Below, one piece after another: positions 16,577-19,128 of a stretch of DNA of 19,128 nucleotides. The first letter of the stretch is position 1; each line of letters starts with the position of its first letter. Under the pieces are notes generated by a model that ran no database searches, was not told the origin of the DNA, and worked only from the letters and a program-made list of their open reading frames with translations. Source of the stretch: Pseudobdellovibrionaceae bacterium (GTDB lineage: Bacteria > Bdellovibrionota > Bdellovibrionia > Bdellovibrionales > Bdellovibrionaceae). The DNA lies in assembly GCA_039810425.1 (NCBI GenBank), contig JBDHWW010000053.1:1-19128 (forward strand). Reading direction: 5' to 3'. The position numbers were made by a program, and so were the translations under genes.

Positions 16577-17534
16577 GGGTGTTTTGCTGATCAATATCGG
16601 CACTCCGGATTCTCCAGCGGCCAAAGATGTTGCCGTTTACCTCAGAGAATTTCTCATGGATGAGGAAATCCTACCGATTCCCGTATCCTTTCGCTGGATT
16701 CTTGTTCACATTGGTATTGTCTGGCGACGCGCACCTGTTTCAGCCGGAAAATATCAATCGATTTGGACCTCACAAGGTTCTCCGTTGATGATTCACTCAC
16801 TGGCAGCGAAAAAGAATCTGCAAGCGGAGCTCGGTGATGACTACGCGGTCGAAATCGGTATGCGCTACGGAAATCCGTCGGTTGAGAGTGCCTTGCTCAG
16901 GTTCGAAAGTCTTGGTGTGAAAGAGGTATTTATTTTACCTTTGTATCCGCAGTATTGTCGGGCCACGACGGAGTCTTCATTCAAGCAAGTGGAAGAGGTG
17001 AGGGAAAGGCGGGGGCTCACATGCCATTTTCATAGGTTGCAATCGTTCTGGTCGAACCATCAATTCATTCGTGCCTTGGCTGAAGAGGCTAAAAAAAGTC
17101 TGCAAGGCAAAAAGATCGACTACTACTTGATGACCTATCACGGGCTGCCGGAAAGCCAGAACGGCAAAATGGATCCGATGGATTCGTATAAGCTCCGTTG
17201 TTATGACACCTCAAAGCTCTTGGCCGAAGCGATGGGGCTTGGTCCGCAGCAGTGGGGCGTGTCTTTTCAATCCCGTGTGGGCGTTGAGACGTGGATTAAA
17301 CCGTACACAGACGAAGAGTTGAAATCTCTGCCGGTCCGGGGAGTAAAGCATCTTGCGGTCTTGTGCCCAAGCTTTGTCGCGGACTGCTTAGAGACTGTTG
17401 AAGAGATTGGGATTGAGGGGAAAAAAACTTTTCTGCACGCGGGGGGCGAGAACTACTATCTTGTGCCCTGTTTGAATGGCCGGGCCGATTATCTGAAGAT
17501 TCTCATTCAAGAGCTAGAAAATACTGAAAAGTAA
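16563..17534 (+). CDS. hemH: Ferrochelatase
   Basis: Start reassigned to ATG 16563, giving 323 aa. Motifs GVLLINIGTP, GSPL, GMRYGNP, LPLYPQY, YHGLP, FQSRVG..WIKPYT, FVADCLETVEEI and VPCLN. Confidence 0.97.
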   Translation: MAVTKGVLLINIGTPDSPAAKDVAVYLREFLMDEEILPIPVSFRWILVHIGIVWRRAPVSAGKYQSIWTSQGSPLMIHSLAAKKNLQAELGDDYAVEIGMRYGNPSVESALLRFESLGVKEVFILPLYPQYCRATTESSFKQVEEVRERRGLTCHFHRLQSFWSNHQFIRALAEEAKKSLQGKKIDYYLMTYHGLPESQNGKMDPMDSYKLRCYDTSKLLAEAMGLGPQQWGVSFQSRVGVETWIKPYTDEELKSLPVRGVKHLAVLCPSFVADCLETVEEIGIEGKKTFLHAGGENYYLVPCLNGRADYLKILIQELENTEK

Positions 17535-18752
17535 TTATCTCTTCCAGACTTGCATGCAAGCGACGCGATCAACTCGGCGTCCTTCGATGCTGGGATAAAT
17601 GCGAGTGTATCCCCAGGGATCTCGTGAACCGGAGTTGTAATCATAGATATTTTTTCTAATCTCAGAAGTACGGAGTTCAAATTTGCTTGGGAAGAGCACG
17701 GCCTCGGTGGCGATACGGACGGTGTTTTCCCAAATTGCTTGTTCGTCTATTCCAGGTTTGAAGTTTTGCCATGAAGATTTATTCGGATCCGAGGGCGGGC
17801 ACAGTGCTTTCTGTAAGCTGCCGTTGATTTTACCGCCTTTGTGATATTTCATCCAAACGTTAAACTGCGAAGGTGTTGTGACCACACGGGCGATGTCATC
17901 GACGGCGTCGTTGTGACTAGCGTCAGAGCCCAGGAATGTTTTTTTTATGTTATCCGGAGCACCGGCCCGGTTAGTCGCGATCTTTGCAATCGCCATGGGA
18001 TATTGCAAACCATGCTTATAGCAACCGGCCATTTCACCGTAAAGAGTCCGCGCCAAGGCGTCGATGTCGGCAACCTGCTGCAAGGTCACCGGCTTGCCCT
18101 CGGGGCCAAGAATTTTGGGCATATTGCTCTGAAGGCTCGGCAAAACCATGCTATCGAAAGCATTGCCGGCAGGATATCTCGACGGTGGCTTTGCAGGATC
18201 AATCACGCATTGACCAACAACGGCGCTGAGCGATTTCGCGATAGCGTTGACACTTTGGTTGCCAGTGAATTTTTGCACCAGGGCCATTTTCTTTTTTACG
18301 TCAATGATCGCCTGATTCGGATCACCAGGGGGGCAGTCCAGCCCAGGCTTACTGTTGCTGTTATCTTCGCCGAAGAAAGTCTTGTTCTTTGTCTTAGACA
18401 GATAAGAAGCGTCGACCCAGCCCTGGCCACTCTTCTTGTATATGACGCCCTTCACGGTTCGTTCATACGTAAAGTTGACAAAAACGAACTCTTCGGTTTC
18501 CATCTTGCCTGTGTAAGGGTCTTCGACTTTCATCTTTTTGCGCGCAGAAGTAATTTCAATCTTTGCTTTGTTATCGAGCCAGCCGACAGGGTGACAGATT
18601 GAACTTTTTTTACAAGTCTTCCAGTTATAGCCGGGGTTTGTGAAAACGGAAACGATCTGGTTGTCTTCGACGTCGAGATAGGCAGTTTGTTCAAGGGACC
18701 AGGCATTCAGAGATATCAGCAGTATCACAACTAAAACTGGAAGCTTCATCAT
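17535..18752 (-). CDS. Secreted protein with a C-terminal SleB/CwlJ-like (Hydrolase_2) cell-wall hydrolase domain
   Basis: 405 aa with signal peptide MKLPVLVVILLISLNAWS and an SH3-like GWVDASYL. The C-terminal half has DIDALARTLYGEM...AIAKIATNRA...IARVVTTPSQFNVW. Confidence 0.7.
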   Translation of the reverse strand: MMKLPVLVVILLISLNAWSLEQTAYLDVEDNQIVSVFTNPGYNWKTCKKSSICHPVGWLDNKAKIEITSARKKMKVEDPYTGKMETEEFVFVNFTYERTVKGVIYKKSGQGWVDASYLSKTKNKTFFGEDNSNSKPGLDCPPGDPNQAIIDVKKKMALVQKFTGNQSVNAIAKSLSAVVGQCVIDPAKPPSRYPAGNAFDSMVLPSLQSNMPKILGPEGKPVTLQQVADIDALARTLYGEMAGCYKHGLQYPMAIAKIATNRAGAPDNIKKTFLGSDASHNDAVDDIARVVTTPSQFNVWMKYHKGGKINGSLQKALCPPSDPNKSSWQNFKPGIDEQAIWENTVRIATEAVLFPSKFELRTSEIRKNIYDYNSGSRDPWGYTRIYPSIEGRRVDRVACMQVWKR

Positions 18753-18756
18753 AAGC

Positions 18757-18783
18757 CTATCGAGCTTTTAAGGGCGGAACTTA
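18757..18783 (-). promoter_or_regulatory. Sigma28 (FliA)-like promoter TAAG-N15-CTCGATAG
   Basis: Minus-strand TAAG (18783-18780), 15-nt spacer, CTCGATAG (18764-18757). Consensus is TAAA-N15-GCCGATAA. Lies 4-7 nt before the ATGATG start, with no SD. Confidence 0.55.
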
Positions 18784-18797
18784 AGCCAATGATTGCC

Positions 18798-19076
18798 TTA
18801 TATTGAGAATTGGACGCGAAAGATGAGTCCCTCGCGTCCGGGGTGTTTAGTTTTCTTCTTTCTCACCAGAAGCCCATACCTCTTGGCATGGGACTTTATC
18901 AATAACTCCATCTTACGATGGCCAGGAACAAAACAAGAACTTCCTGAGCTCTTGAGGACAAGATGAATCGGATGTCTTAGCGAAAGCGGACGGGCCGTTT
19001 TCCTTTTCCCAGATAGCAAGCTCCCACCAAATTCTTTCTTATAGTCCCCAATAAACCCAAACCCCAGTTGTCGCAT
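18798..19076 (-). pseudogene. 3'-truncated IS200/Y1 (RAYT-like) transposase remnant
   Basis: From ATG 19076: MRQLGF...KKEFGGSLLSGKRKTARPLSLRHPIHLVLKS...LIKSHAKRYGL, resembling the N-terminus of short Y1-transposase-like proteins I associate with Bdellovibrio. No HUH motif or catalytic Tyr helix follows in any frame. Confidence 0.55.
18812..18839 (-). repeat. GC-rich imperfect palindrome (REP-like hairpin)
   Basis: Minus strand GGACGCGAGGGA-CTCA-TCTTTCGCGTCC forms a 12-bp stem with two G-T pairs and a 4-nt loop. Confidence 0.6.
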
Positions 19077-19128
19077 AAAACCCCAAAAAAGAATATTCCC
19101 AAACACTCAGCCAAAAAAAACCGTTCCC

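Noticed and set aside
17841..18602. 253-aa plus-strand ORF
   Set aside because: Antisense to the secreted hydrolase, which has a signal peptide, family motifs and a promoter.
1..19128. CRISPR arrays, tRNA/rRNA genes, defence or toxin-antitoxin systems
   Set aside because: None seen. Intergenic spaces are short and almost all ORFs are assignable to housekeeping families.

Overview
Core-chromosome window, most likely from a Bdellovibrio-like predatory bacterium (Bdellovibrionota). This taxon is inferred from protein style (long Q/P/M-rich FtsZ linker, Bdellovibrio-type short Y1-transposase-like ORF), not shown directly. Left part: ftsQ-ftsA-ftsZ followed by an LpxH-like metallophosphoesterase, an internally duplicated small membrane protein, a bidirectional terminator, an outer-membrane beta-barrel and a Nudix hydrolase. 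Centre and right: a complete haem biosynthesis locus. hemB is divergent from a tightly overlapping operon: short hemA, hemC with a HemD-like C-terminal extension, hemL, sensor kinase, OmpR-family regulator, hemE, hemN, hemY/G, hemH. The main result is that this operon resembles the Leptospira haem operon with its HemK/HemR two-component system, and the hemB-hemA intergenic region contains an exact TGACA-N6-TGACA direct repeat (7781-7796), the HemR-box pattern as I recall it. The window ends with a secreted SleB/CwlJ-like peptidoglycan hydrolase behind a sigma28-like promoter, and a truncated Y1/RAYT-like transposase remnant with a GC-rich hairpin near its breakpoint.
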